In this document: positions 1 to 12,296 of the stretch, piece by piece
Layout of the letters: the number at the start of each line of letters is the position of its first letter
Numbering within the stretch: position 1 is the first letter of the stretch
Assembly (NCBI GenBank): GCA_046563655.1
Contig: CM102289.1
Location: forward strand, 8,618,001 to 8,682,000
Length of the DNA stretch: 64,000 nt
Source of the DNA: Yuukianura sp. NJ FZ-2021
Taxonomy: Eukaryota
Direction of reading: 5' to 3'
Notes under the pieces: model-generated
What the model was told of the DNA's origin: nothing
Database searches by the model: none
What the model saw: the letters and a program-made list of their open reading frames with translations, nothing else
Made by a program: the position numbers and the translations under genes

Positions 1-383
1 ACGTTCAAACAACGTCAATCCTTATTTTATTTTCTCTTAATTTTCTTATCAACGTCAATTGTGACTTGTTTGCTGATGTAATCCAGTCCGTGTGAACACT
101 TATTTTTTCAAAACACTTTGCATCATATGCTAATTTGTGATAAAAAATATTGTGAAAATAACAAACATGAAGCAAGTGCGTCATTATTCCAATTTTTCTT
201 TGTTTAATTGCCCAAAACTGGTCAACTTTCTTTCTACTTTCTCCAGTTTTAAACTCCTCCAGCCGAACACACTTTTCCTCCGTTAAATTTGAAACAAACG
301 TTTCATAATTTCAAAATTTCTAGACTTTCATTGTTCCAAAATCCCAATTTTTTAAAAACTTCGTTTTTTAAAAAACTGACTTT

Positions 384-1790
384 ATGGAGAAAACGACACT
401 TGAGCATTGCCTTCCGGTATTAACTTTACACCGACTTTGTGGAATTCTTCCACTGAAACTTATCCGTGGCGATTCTGATGAATCGGACGTGGGAAAAACA
501 AGGGATGGACAAAAATTTGAAAAAGTCGCAGTAGCTGATGGGAAAAAATACTTCATTTTATCAGTCATTGCCTTTACATATTTGACTCTTCGTTTCTCCG
601 CTATTATATTTGCGTTTCTTCCGAAATATTTGGGCGGAAGATTTCATACTGTTGAGATCATTTGCTTATGCTACGCAATCTCCTATGCCACTAGCACTTT
701 TGTATTCTACTTCGTCTTTCGCATGAAAATTACCAAAGTTGTTAAATTTCTTAACAATTGGCATCAGTTGGAACTCGAAGTAATGAAATCAGATCCAGGT
801 TGAAATCAAGCAAAAAAAAACTTGTTTTTTTTAAATATTTATATCAAATTTTGAATTATATATTTATATTAATTTTTTATATTAGATATCAGTTTGTCTT
901 CAACTGGACTAAGTATGGCTCGCCGCTTACGCGTGATGGGTTTGCTGACTTCGCTAATACCAATTTCCGTTTTTGTACTAAAATCGGGCGGACTGGTGGA
1001 AGTGACCCATTCGTTCTGGATTTTTGATTTTCAAAATTTGGCGCCATCTTATGCCTCTACCATCATTTACTTTTTGACATGTCTAGAATCATTTGTTTTT
1101 GTTGAATTGGTTTCGTTCAGACTAGGGATTTTTGATGTCACATTTTTGGCTTTTCTAACAAGCTTTATCAAAATTTTGGAATCGTTGATTAACCTTGCCC
1201 ATGACGTTGGACATAACAGTACTCAAATTGTCATAAATGAATACATAGAAGAGGCAGGACATGAGCAAAAATCAAAACCCGAATCTGCACAGAAGTCGAA
1301 ATCTAGACTTGAGTACTTGGTTTGTACTTATGGATTGATGCTTGACTTGGTAACGACTTTTAATAGTACTTTCTCAAGTGTTGTTTTTAGTTTTAACATT
1401 TCAGCCATGATCAACATGTGTAGTTCAGGGTACGCTTGTGCCAGATTTTGGCGAGGAGCAAGCGCCAATGTGCTGGCGTTTTACTTTTGTGCAATATGTA
1501 TTTCTGCAGCTCGGTTTTACACAATGGTACTAATGATGGGCAAAGTCCATAGGTTGTCTAATACGCTAAAACGGGTGTTGCAGCAACACGTTTTAGTGAA
1601 CACAAAAAGCGGGTTTCTTGAACAAGGAAATTTGCCGGGCTCGGATCAAAATCAGATTGAAGATTTTCTGCAATGTTTCATCCCGTTGCAATTCTGGGCT
1701 GGCAAATTTTATGCCATTTCGTCGTCAACTATCCTCACAATATTTTCTGTTGCAGTTACAAACACCATCATGCTTTTGCAAATGTTTTAA
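384..1790 (+). CDS. Gustatory receptor-like 7TM chemoreceptor, array copy 1 (exons 384-798, 886-1790; ~439 aa)
   Basis: Two ORFs join in frame through a phase-1 GT..AG intron (CCAG|gttgaa ... attag|ATATC). Several hydrophobic helices. C-terminus FYAISSSTILTIFSVAVTNTIMLLQMF resembles the GR-family TM7 motif TYhhhhhQF. Paralogous to the four genes downstream. Confidence 0.85.
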
Positions 1791-1931
1791 AAAGTCAAGT
1801 TTTCATGAAACTCTAAAAAAAACACTGACTAAAAAAATAGAAGTAAATTGTAAATAGTAAATATTATACATAGAATAAAACTGAAATAAAGTCTATATTG
1901 GTGTTCAGTTTACAATTTTGTGTGTATGCTC

Positions 1932-2154
1932 CAAGGTTCGTAAACAAAAAATGTTTTGTCTACACCAGGTTGTCCTATAACTCGATGTTTTTCATTTGTT
2001 AAAAAATGAGGAAAACTTTTTTTTCATATGGTAGTTATTTTGTTGTAAAGCAATTGGAATTGGAGGACAGATTGTTTGAAGCAAAATTTTTGCAAATCCA
2101 GAGTTATTGGACAACCTGTTGTAGGAAGTACAATTCGGTTGTCAAGGAACCTTG
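1932..2154. mobile_element. Non-autonomous hAT-like MITE, family B
   Basis: Ends CAAGGTT...AACCTTG. Internal inverted repeat CTACACCAGGTTGTCCTATAACTC / GAGTTATTGGACAACCTGTTGTAG. Degenerate TSD GTATGCTC/GTATGTCG. Inverted copy at 3005-3221. Confidence 0.7.
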
Positions 2155-2562
2155 GTATGTCGTAAATACAGAGTCACGCTTTACACAACATCATCTATGA
2201 TACTCAATTAGCACAAAATTTCTTAATTGCTACAAAGTTTTAACGATTAATTAGCAAATTTTGTTAAATGTGTCACTGATGGAGTAACTGATTCTGTAAC
2301 TGGCGTTATCAGACTTGTCACCCTGTTTTGCAAAAAAAAGTTTTGCAGAAAATGTTTGCTCAAATTTTGCAACTGTATGTTAAGCATTAGGTAATGAGAG
2401 GTGGAAGTTGACACTTGTTTTGTCAAGCTTTAGAGATTGGACTAATTAAGTAATGTTTGATTTAGTTTTTTTTATGCTGTTGGCAATTCAGCTGAAATTT
2501 TTCAAATTCGGAGTTAGTTGAGACGTGGCAGCGGTTAGGTTGCAATATTTCACGTAGCTATA

Positions 2563-4078
2563 ATGGAAGGAAACAAATCAACGTTCGAGCACTGCATTCC
2601 TATTTTAAAGTTTCAAAAGTTTTGCGGGCTCATGGCGTTGCAATTTACCAACAGAATTTCTAATGAAGTAGTAGTCACTACTGGAAAAAAGTATAAAATT
2701 GTTTTTATCCTTGTCTGTTTGTACTGGATTTTGCGTTTTACCGCCACCGGCCTCTGTTTCTTTCCTAAATTACTAAAAACTGGCCGGTTAACGGAAACTA
2801 ACCTTGGCTACATTTATTCCGTGGCGTACGGTTTCTTGTCATTTTTGCTTGTCATACTTCCTCAGTTGAAAATTACGAAACTTGTGCAACTATTTAACAA
2901 CTGGCATAACTTGGAGCACAATTTCAGGCAATGGAAAGGAGGTAATTTCGAAATTTTTCCGAAAAAAAAATTCTAGAGAAACTTTCAAAACACTGAGTTT
3001 TTATCTAGGTTGCTTGACAACCGAATTGTAATTCCTACAACAGGGTGTCTAATAACTCAGGGCTTCCAAAAATCTTACCTCAAACTCTGCACCAATCTCA
3101 TCTACATTACATGCGAAAAAAATACCATAGAAAGGCAGATTTGCTATTTTCAAACAAATTTTAAAACTACCAGTTATTGGATAACCTGGTGTAGAAAAAG
3201 TTTTTTTGTTTACGAACCTTGGTTTTAATCATGTGTTTCTGGCAGGGCCGGATCGGCAACATGCAATTTCTACCACCACAAGAGCCATGATTTACAGCCT
3301 TGTATTGCTTCAACTTTCAACATACTTGCTTCCCGTGATGCTTTTTGTTTTAAAGCCTTCGGGGCTATTTGAAATGTTTCACTCCTTTTGGGCTTTTGGA
3401 TTTAAAAATTTGGCGCCATCATATGCAACAAGCGCCATTTACGTTTTAACATCTCTAGACACCTTCGCGTTTTTAGAATTTCCTTGGATTCCTGGATGCT
3501 TGGTTGACGTTGCGTTTTTGGTATTTCCATACAGCATTCTCAGAATTTTGGAAGAAATGAAGGAATCAAGTTACGAAACTGAAAAAGCGCAACACCGACC
3601 AACTCGTAGTATCAAGCACATGATTCGTCTGTATGGAGAAATACTTGAGACTACAGCAACATTTAACACCATTTTCTCCAGTATAGTATTCCTCTTGAAC
3701 GCTTATGTTGTAGTGAACATTTGCTTTACAGGTTTTGGTTTTCCTAGACTCTGGGGAACAGGGCATGGAAAAATCTTGATGTTGTATGGGGCAGTAGAGT
3801 TTGCACCGATTATTAGATTTTTTGCATTTATGATTCTAATGGGCAGAGTCCATTCGGCGTCAATTGATTTACATGACTCTTGGATGAGGGTTTTGAAATC
3901 TACGCGCGGAAATGAAGTGGTAAGCTGTTCAGACCAAAAGCATCTGGAACGTTTTCTTCAATTTTTTACGCCTGTACAGTTCTGGAGTGGGGAAGTATAC
4001 GCAATTTCTGCTTCAACTGTGCTTACAGTTCTGTCAGTAACCGTAACAAATACTATTATGTTATTGCAAATTTTCTAA
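2563..4078 (+). CDS. Gustatory receptor-like 7TM chemoreceptor, copy 2 (exons 2563-2941, 3246-4078; ~403 aa)
   Basis: Phase-1 intron GGAG|gtaatt ... ggcag|GGCCG restores the frame. Shares motifs LFNNWHNLE, HSFWAFGFKNLAPS and C-terminal VTNTIMLLQIF with its paralogs. Confidence 0.85.
3005..3221. mobile_element. hAT-like MITE family B inserted in the intron of GR copy 2
   Basis: Reverse-orientation homolog of 1932-2154. Flanked by GTTTTTAT/GTTTTAAT (7/8 TSD). Explains why this intron is 304 nt while the paralogs have 65-87 nt. Confidence 0.7.
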
Positions 4079-4590
4079 ACAAAAATTGAAATCAGCAGAA
4101 ATTGTATTGTACTTATATACATGTACATGTATAGTGTACATGCATATTTAGAATATACACATATGTAGTATGTAGTATGTATATTTAGTATGCATGTAGT
4201 ATGTATACGTATCATGTGTGTATATCTAAGCATATCTACATATATGTGGTTTCCTTCCTTCCTTTCATACCGTTTATCGTAAGTTAGATGACAAGTTGTA
4301 CTGGTGAAATCATAAGTTAGCAAATAGCACAAAAATAGTTATTGTGCAATATTGGTCCAACTTGTCAATCATTCGAAAAATTTGTCAAAATGCGCCGTGT
4401 AGATAATGGAGGCTTCACTTTCTTTTGAACACACTTCAAAACTTTCTAGTAAATAAAGTTGACTTTTTCGTTTTCACTTTCACCTCAACGTTAAATTAGT
4501 TTAGTGTTAAAACTCAACGCTGCTAAGAAGGAGTCTCCACGACAGTTTGTGCTCTAACATTCTTTTATTAAAAGGATTCTTTTTACAACA

Positions 4591-6037
4591 ATGAAATATA
4601 ACAAATCAATCCTAGAATACTGTATTTGGCTTTTAGCGATGCAGCGCAACGCTGGAATTCTGCCGCTGAAATTCATCTTCAGCTCTCCAATTAAACAGCG
4701 ACACGCTTGGCAAGAATCAGGAGCCAAAGGCAAGAAAATATTGAAGGCAGTTGCACTAGTTCGTGACAAAATATATTACATATATTCGGCTATTGTCAGA
4801 TCTTACTTTTTTGTGCGTTTTATGATCATGTGTGGTGTTGGTTTATGGAAAATTTGTGGAGATAAGTTTTCAGCTAAGAGTATCATTTTCTATACTACGT
4901 TTATGGTACTTGGAGCAATGAGCAGCCTACTACACATGACGCTTCATAGAAGATCAAACGAAATTGTCATACTTTTGAACAATTGGCGCAAACTGGAACA
5001 AGAAGTAGTGCTGTGGGTAGCAGGTATTACTAAATACTTTTAAAAAACAATCATTTATGTATAATTCTTTGTATTTTTACATTTTCAAAGGTTCGACAGC
5101 TAACACTGCTCCACTTTCTAGAAGTTTAGCAGAGAAGTCCATATCCAAACTTGGTCCATATTTATTCTGGAGTACACTTTTTGTTCAAGTGTTGAACCAT
5201 GTACTTCCATTCTTTAGTTTATGTATTTTTCAAATGGATTTTATAGTGTCCTCTGCTCACTCTTACTGGATCCTTGGTTTTCAAAATTTTGAAAATTCAT
5301 TTTCAACTACCATTATTTATGTACTAACTTCCATTGAAAGTGTCATTTTCTTTGAGCTCGCATGGATTTCCGTCGGAGTTCTTGATTTTTCCGTACTGAT
5401 AATTCCACGGAGTATTGAAAATTGGTTGCAAATATTGATCAATCATGGCTTGTCTTTTACTGAAATGCAATCTCATTCTCTAGAAATTTCAATCGTAGAC
5501 AAACGACTTCAGGGATTGTTTACGAAGAGAATTTCAGAAACAATTGCAAAGGAGTTCATGAAAATGATAGCCATTTACAAGGATTTTGCACAGCTAATAG
5601 AATGTTTCAACAAGATTTTTGCATATTTTGTGCTGTATGTCAAATGTTCTATACATATTACGATGTGCATGTGTCTTTATGCTATGATTAGATTCCCGAA
5701 CCAATGGACTGGGCACTTTGCGGTTGCTATATTTGGGGTTTTCATGTCTATGGCATACCGGTTTTATATTATGATGAATTCAATGGGTAACGTTTATTTA
5801 AGGGCTAATGCGGTCAAAGAATTTTTTGTGAGAATTTTGTTGGACGATTTCCAAACAAACACATTGGAACAGAAATTTGTATCAGCGTGGAATCAAAGGC
5901 AAATTGAAAAATTTGTTCAGTTCTTCACTCCTTTGGAATTTTGGACTGGAGCATTTTACAGTATCAATTCTGGTACCATTCTTACGTTTTGGTCGGTCAT
6001 TGTTACCAATTGTATTATTTTGTTACAAGCATTCTAA
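4591..6037 (+). CDS. Gustatory receptor-like 7TM chemoreceptor, copy 3 (exons 4591-5023, 5091-6037; ~459 aa)
   Basis: Phase-1 intron GCAG|gtatta ... tcaaag|GTTCG. Motifs LLNNWRKLE, HSYWILGFQNF and C-terminal VTNCIILLQAF. Confidence 0.85.
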
Positions 6038-6570
6038 ACATATAGCTACATATACTTCCCTACATGTACTATATATACATATATAGCAATTATACGGCAT
6101 ATACACATAGTATATGTAAATATATATTGCAATTATACGGTATATACATATTAGTATAATATATGTCACAGTACTGTAAATTGTACTGTACATGTAGTAA
6201 TTTGTATACAGTGCATTGAATATAGTTGTATGTGGTACACGTTAACTGTCAGCATTTTGTTAGCTGAGTAAATCTGAATAAACATTGCGTTACAATATTG
6301 CAACATTTACCTCACATACAAATGTCCTAATTGGCATTTGTAAATTTTTTGACATCAGTTACTCCCGTTAAGATAGTTTCGAAATTGTGTTTACAAAAAT
6401 GTTGAAATCTCCTATGTCCATCACAGTATGTACCGATTCGATATGTAAGCAGGACAAGACATACATAAGTACCGAGAGAAAAACTAATTTCTCTACATTC
6501 AGGTTTTACACTTGAGAAGAACAAGATCCTAATATTTCATTACTAATAAAGGTTTATCACCTTGCCCAAT

Positions 6571-7919
6571 ATGCACAAAACATCACTTGAGTGTTGTACT
6601 ACTTTGTTGGCGTGGTTACGCCTAACCGGAGTCTTCCCGGTAGACGTTCTGTACGCCCCAACGAAACACAAAGGCGGTAGGGTTAAACAAATTTTGAAAG
6701 AATTTCAACCTTCTGGAACATGTTTTCAAACACTTTGCTATTTCACCTATTCTTACCTTGTTCTTCGTAACCTGGTTGTACTTGGCCGTTTTTTGTACAC
6801 CGTTTGGTTTGGAAAGGTTGAGCCTGCTAAAGCACTAATACTCTTCTTGGTTAACATTTTTCTTTGTGGGAATATGGTGGCAATACTCATTGTTCACTGG
6901 AATCGTAAGGACATTGTTTCATTTCTTAACCAATGGCACTCACTCGAGCAAAATTTCATAGAGTGGAATAGAGGTAACATGAATACACAAATTTACATTT
7001 AGGTTGCTTGTAGAGTGAAATTGTTGAATGTTTTATAGAATTTCCATTTGATGTATTACGTGGTAATGGTACAGACATTTCCACGTACAGAAGAACTCTT
7101 CTACGCCGCATGCGCGTACTGCATTTCCTCTGTTTTCTTATTCCAATTCCACTAATGTTGGTAAAGTCACATTGGGTTATATTTATTCTACACTCTTACT
7201 ACATTCTCGGACTTCAAAATTTGCCGCCATCAATTTCGACTACCGCAATTTACACTTTGACTTCAATTGAAACATTGCTATATCTCGAATTAATTTGGGT
7301 CATTTTTCAGCTGATTGACATTTTGTTTTGGATTTTTGTGTCGATAATTTTAAATTTACTGAAATTGATGGTTTCATCGTTAGACCAAATTTATGTTTAC
7401 GAAAGGGTGCAAAAATCAGAACAAACAGCAAAGATCCACCGAATTGTCAGTTTGTATAGACAAATAGTTGGTATTACAGCGACGTTTAACAAGTTATTTT
7501 CTAGTATTGTGTTATTTTTTAATATATTTGCAACTATGTTTATGTGTGGAGCTGTGTACGGTTTTGCACGATATTTGATGGCTCAGCCGTTTGATGCTAT
7601 TGCAGTATATGCCTTTCTGGTATGCATAATTAACATCCGGTTTGCTACAACGATGACATTGATGGGCAGAGTACATACTGTATCGATTACACTGAAGAAT
7701 TGCTGGATGCAGGCGTTGGTACGCCATTTTGAATTTGAAAATTTGGAATCTAGAGTATACAGTGACTTTGACTCTTCAAACCGTCTTCAAAACTTTCTGA
7801 AATTTTTCACACCTATTCAATTCTGGAGTGGAAGATTTTATGGAGTTTCATCTTCAACCTTTCTGTCTCTTTTTTCAGTTGTGGTTACAAATAGTATTAT
7901 GCTTTTGCAAATGTTCTGA
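6571..7919 (+). CDS. Gustatory receptor-like 7TM chemoreceptor, copy 4 (exons 6571-6973, 7039-7919; ~427 aa)
   Basis: Phase-1 intron AGAG|gtaaca ... ttatag|AATTT (an in-frame alternative acceptor ends at 7074). Motifs FLNQWHSLE, HSYYILGLQNLPPS and VTNSIMLLQMF. Confidence 0.85.
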
Positions 7920-8617
7920 ATTAAAATTTTGGTTTCTTTCCAAACTTTAGCAATTGTGATCTTCAAAATTTTAAGTCTAGTTGTTGAAAGTTGAGTCATC
8001 AATTGGTATTCGCTAGCACAATTACAATTGAATGTTGTTTATGTATAGTCAATACAGTCGAATAAAGATCCCACCTTCAACCAGACTTTCATAATTGACA
8101 TAATTTTATTAAAGGTACATTTGTATTTGCTTTTTAACTGAAATTCACTGAAATCTTTGCACTTTTTACAATTACTGTTTACTGGATATGATGCAGTAGC
8201 AGGCGCTTATTTGCTTTTGAAGCTGACTTTTTCTTATTTTTGACCTCCGAGAATCTTCTTGAGGTCAGATGCTAACCTTGCAATTGGAAGTTAGACTTGG
8301 ACAATTCAATATTAAAAAATCACTTTTAAATAATGTTAATAAACTTTCTTTTGTTTTAAAAACAAACAGCCATCTCCACCTCGACATTGCGGTACCTTAC
8401 TCTACTGCGGTACGGGTACCATAATTTTAATGAAATCGAAGGCCATTTTTTCTTTTACCTAATTACCGGCAAACAGTGCCGAAAATTTTATTACGCTTTG
8501 TGCTACAGGATTATGATTAAAATGAAACTTCAAAAAGGCTGCACACTTTCCGAATTAACCCATTTGCAAATTTTAAAAAACCACTTTCTTGTCTGAAGAA
8601 TTTATTCAAACTTTGCA

Positions 8618-9146
8618 ATGCACAGCGTTATTTTTCCGACAGTTTTTGTTCTTTCGTTATGCCTAACTTTGTGTTTGGCTGAGAGTGCATTTTTCGAAAT
8701 GAAGGAAGGCCCAGACCTATTTGTGTTTGAATTAGAAGATGACCGTAAAATCCAATTGGCACGAGATTTAGTTGCTGGAAAGAACAAAGCACCACCACAT
8801 GTAATAGGAAAAATTAACAAAACACAGCAACCCTATAATCCAAAATGGAGTTTTTATTTAGGTAAGTTGTAGCTATAAAATTGTTTGTAATACGAATTGT
8901 TAATTGACAAAAATAAGCCGCATTTGAAATGATCTTCTTTAACAAATAGAAACTCAGAGTTCATAATGATTTTTTAAAGCAGATCCGGACACGATTAGTT
9001 TTTTTGAACATGCCATCGAAGTTTGCGATGCAAGTTTGCGTTATGTTGAAAATCACTTGGATGAAGTATGTGGAGCATTCCTTCCAGGATGTATTTGGTG
9101 TCCATGGACTTCCACTGTTGTCAGAGAAGTTACCATTTTAAATTAA
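8618..9146 (+). CDS. Secreted BP74-N-terminal-domain (CAM-BP64-like) protein, two exons (8618-8861, 8983-9146; 135 aa)
   Basis: Splicing TTAG|gtaagt ... agcag|ATCCG gives [135 protein letters not shown]. The motifs YNPxWSxxLDPxTIxFF, AIEVCDA and GAFLPGxxWCPW match from memory the BP74-related proteins of actinobacteria/proteobacteria and Dictyostelium. Exon 2 is absent from the ORF track. Confidence 0.85.
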
Positions 9147-9768
9147 ATTAAAAAAAAGAAAATCAAAAGAAAGCATAAATATGTTCATGTTCAAAACAAA
9201 CACGCCAAGCACAAAAGTTGGCAATTTCAACGATCAAAATTTTAAGTCTAATTGAAAATTATCAATAGTTGATATTTGCTTAGCTACAATGAATGTTGTT
9301 TACGTAGTCAATACGGCCAAATAAAATATTCCATTTCAACATAACTTCCAAAATTTCTACACTTCTCAAAATTTACACTAATTAAGCTGAAATTTTGTGA
9401 TCAATCACCATGGCCGAAGCGGTTCAGTAGTTTTCCAAAAGTTAACAATTAAAACCAATTAATCTAACATCATAATTTATTCCTCGCACACTCAACTATA
9501 ATCCATTTTAATTGCAATTAAGCTATAAACGATATACAAATTTTTGCCGTATCGCACTGTAAGTTATTAGAAGTACACAAACTACGACTTCATTATATTA
9601 CTGATTACTAGTTTTCTCAAGTTTATAAAATAGGTTTTCGATACTTTGTCTGTCATTTGCTGAAACCAGCCGTTGGAAAACTAAGAATTTAGTAAAACAA
9701 AACTTGCATTTTTGAATATTTGAATTTGAAAATTTGCTTTGAAGAAAGATCAATTAAAAAAATCAATT

Positions 9769-11153
9769 ATGACAAAGTCAACTGTCGAGACCTTTAGAGG
9801 TATGTTTACATTGATAAAGTTTAGTGGAACTTTTCCGATAAACTTTACGTATGCTATACCCAAACAAGAACATTGGACGACAACAAAATTTACACAAGAA
9901 CCAAAAAAAGTCTTTGCAGGAGTGGAATTTGGCGGCAGAAATTTTCAAATTTTTTCGTACATCGTTCCATTCTACATCACCCTGCGAGCTATCGCTGGTA
10001 CGGTTAGATGTACGCAGTATCTCTTGCTGGAAAAGGTGCAAAACGTGAGTTTAATTTTAAGTGCTATCCAATCTGCGTTAGTGCTGGGCACGCTCCTCGC
10101 GTTGCGAAAAAATGCGAAAGTTGTTTTGACATTTCTAAATGACTGGCATCGTTTTGAGCAACAATTGCTCACTTGGATCTCAGGTTAGTCGTTAAAGTTT
10201 TGCAAAGTATTTAGTTTTTGCTGTTTTTCGTTTAATCTGACTAGTTTATTTTTAATCTAGAGCGGGATATCAATTTTCATATTCCACGAATCGTCCCGCG
10301 TCAATTTTACATTTTGGAACTACTGGCCGGAGGCGGGGTTATACCAGTCATATTTTTTTCTCTACAAGAAAGTGACCTCGTCACAGCGCTACACTCCTAT
10401 TGGGTGCTTGGATTTCAAAATTTGGAACCATCAGTTGGGAAATCCATTGTCTACATTTTGACTTCCCTGGAAACAATACTTTTCATCGAATCGTTCTGGA
10501 TTACAATTGCTTTGGTTGATTTTATATTTCTCGCTTATCCATACAGTATCGAAAAATGCTTGAAATCATTGACACAGGTCAAAGTAAGCGCAGATCAACA
10601 AATTATGTCTGAATTTCGGGTATTTCCAAAAGTCCCAATTTCAGAAATTCAGAAACTCCAAACTGAAGTGAATGACCTCACTGAACGAATTGGGCTATAC
10701 TGGGATATAATTGACCTTACTGAATCTTTTAACAAAAATTTTTCAACTTTCATTTTGAGTTGGAGTGCTGCTAGTTTGCTTTGCCTTTGCTATTCTGTGT
10801 ATGGGTTAGTACGATTCTGGAAAGACGTGTCCACTAATTCCTGGATTGTTTGCGTCGCTTCTGCAGTGGCAATGGGAAGTAGATTTTTTGGTACAATGAT
10901 GTTGATGGGTAGAGTGCACAAAACTTCACTGGAAGTGCAAAAATCCTGGACCAGGGTACTCGTAAATAACAAATTTTATGGTAAAAACCAAATTTTCGGT
11001 AATCAGAATCAGAAACAACTTGAGAATTTTCTGCAGTTGTTCATTCCGGTGCAATTTACGAGTGGTCAGTTCTATGGAATTTCATCTTCGACTGTTCTCA
11101 CATTCCTCTCAGTTGTTGTCACAAATTGCATCGTTGTACTGCAAATATTTTAA
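9769..11153 (+). CDS. Gustatory receptor-like 7TM chemoreceptor, copy 5 (exons 9769-10183, 10261-11153; ~435 aa)
   Basis: Phase-1 intron TCAG|gttagt ... atctag|AGCGG. Motifs FLNDWHRFE, HSYWVLGFQNLEPS and VTNCIVVLQIF. Confidence 0.85.
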
Positions 11154-11924
11154 ATCCAAAAATTTATTTTCCAGCAGCTTAGTAAACAACAACACAAAAA
11201 ATTCAATTTCTTTTTAATTGTGGTTTTATTTCAAAACTAATTTATTTGCTTTTAAATAAAATCTAGAACCATAAATAATATTGGTTTAAATAGTAGTCTA
11301 GAAACATTGACCTTATACAGAATTTCTGTAATGGTAAATATTTTGTAGTCAATAAAACTGCAATGTACTATAATTTTGCCCAAAAACTTGGAAATTGACA
11401 TAAATTTAATTAAGATTTATGAAAACCTCGCATTTTAGGAACAAGCTTTCTCTGTGTTGGTTGTTTCCCCTCTTGGTTTCATTATGTTTTTAACATTTGA
11501 AATTTATTTGATCAATTAGTTTTAAATCTATGATGTTGTTGAGTAGATTTTTCATTAAATTTGCTAAATATTAAATACAATTTAAATTTAGTTTTAACAT
11601 ATACAAGTCAATCACAAATGTGGAATTAAATTACGGTGGGTGAACGGTGAGACACTTTACTTCATTTTTGTAATGTAGACAAATTGATTACCTTAACCTA
11701 ACATTATATTAAACTACATTTTGTTAATGTAAATTTAGTTATGTGGTAAAGTTAAACACGTGATTAGGTTAGTGTGCATATGATGGTTGTTGGTGAAAGT
11801 TAAGACTAGATGATATTAAGAACACAACAAAAATTGGCACTCTAAGACCAAAAAACAAAAAAATTTAGGAAATTTCAAATTTACTTAATTGAAAATAAAA
11901 TTTATTAGGGACTTACACGGTAAC

Positions 11925-12014
11925 CGTTTAAGCGATTCGCGTTTAGCCAATAAACGTTTACGCAGAAAGCATTTAGCCAATAAACGTTTAGGCAATAAAC
12001 GTTTACCTAAATTT
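11925..12014. repeat. 15-bp tandem minisatellite (consensus CGTTTAGCCAATAAA, ~6 units)
   Basis: Units start at 11925, 11940, 11955, 11970, 11985 and 12000. Lies in the probable CLCA 3' UTR. Confidence 0.8.
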
Positions 12015-12296
12015 ACAAATAACGTTTTGTCATTCCGTGCTAACAAGCCAGACGTCGTTAAATTTGTGCTCAACGGTTTCTTTTGTTACAAAAGAAAATT
12101 TCTTTCTAAACAAAATTGCATTTTAAACTGTAAATTGAGTCGAGAAAGTGATTGACCCCAAATCGAAACTTCCCGCGCTTTCTCCACTTTCTCTTTTAAA
12201 GTATTCTAGTAACATAGTAGTATTTAGCATTAAATGTTTAGTTGAACGAGGGTTTGTAGTCTTTTGAAATGTTTTACATTAGGCATGTGCCTCTGT

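Noticed and set aside
4100..4250. TA/CA/TG alternating tract after GR2 (similar one at ~6040-6210 after GR3) and ORF 4075-4332
   Set aside because: Low-complexity microsatellite-like DNA. The ORF is compositionally biased and spurious.
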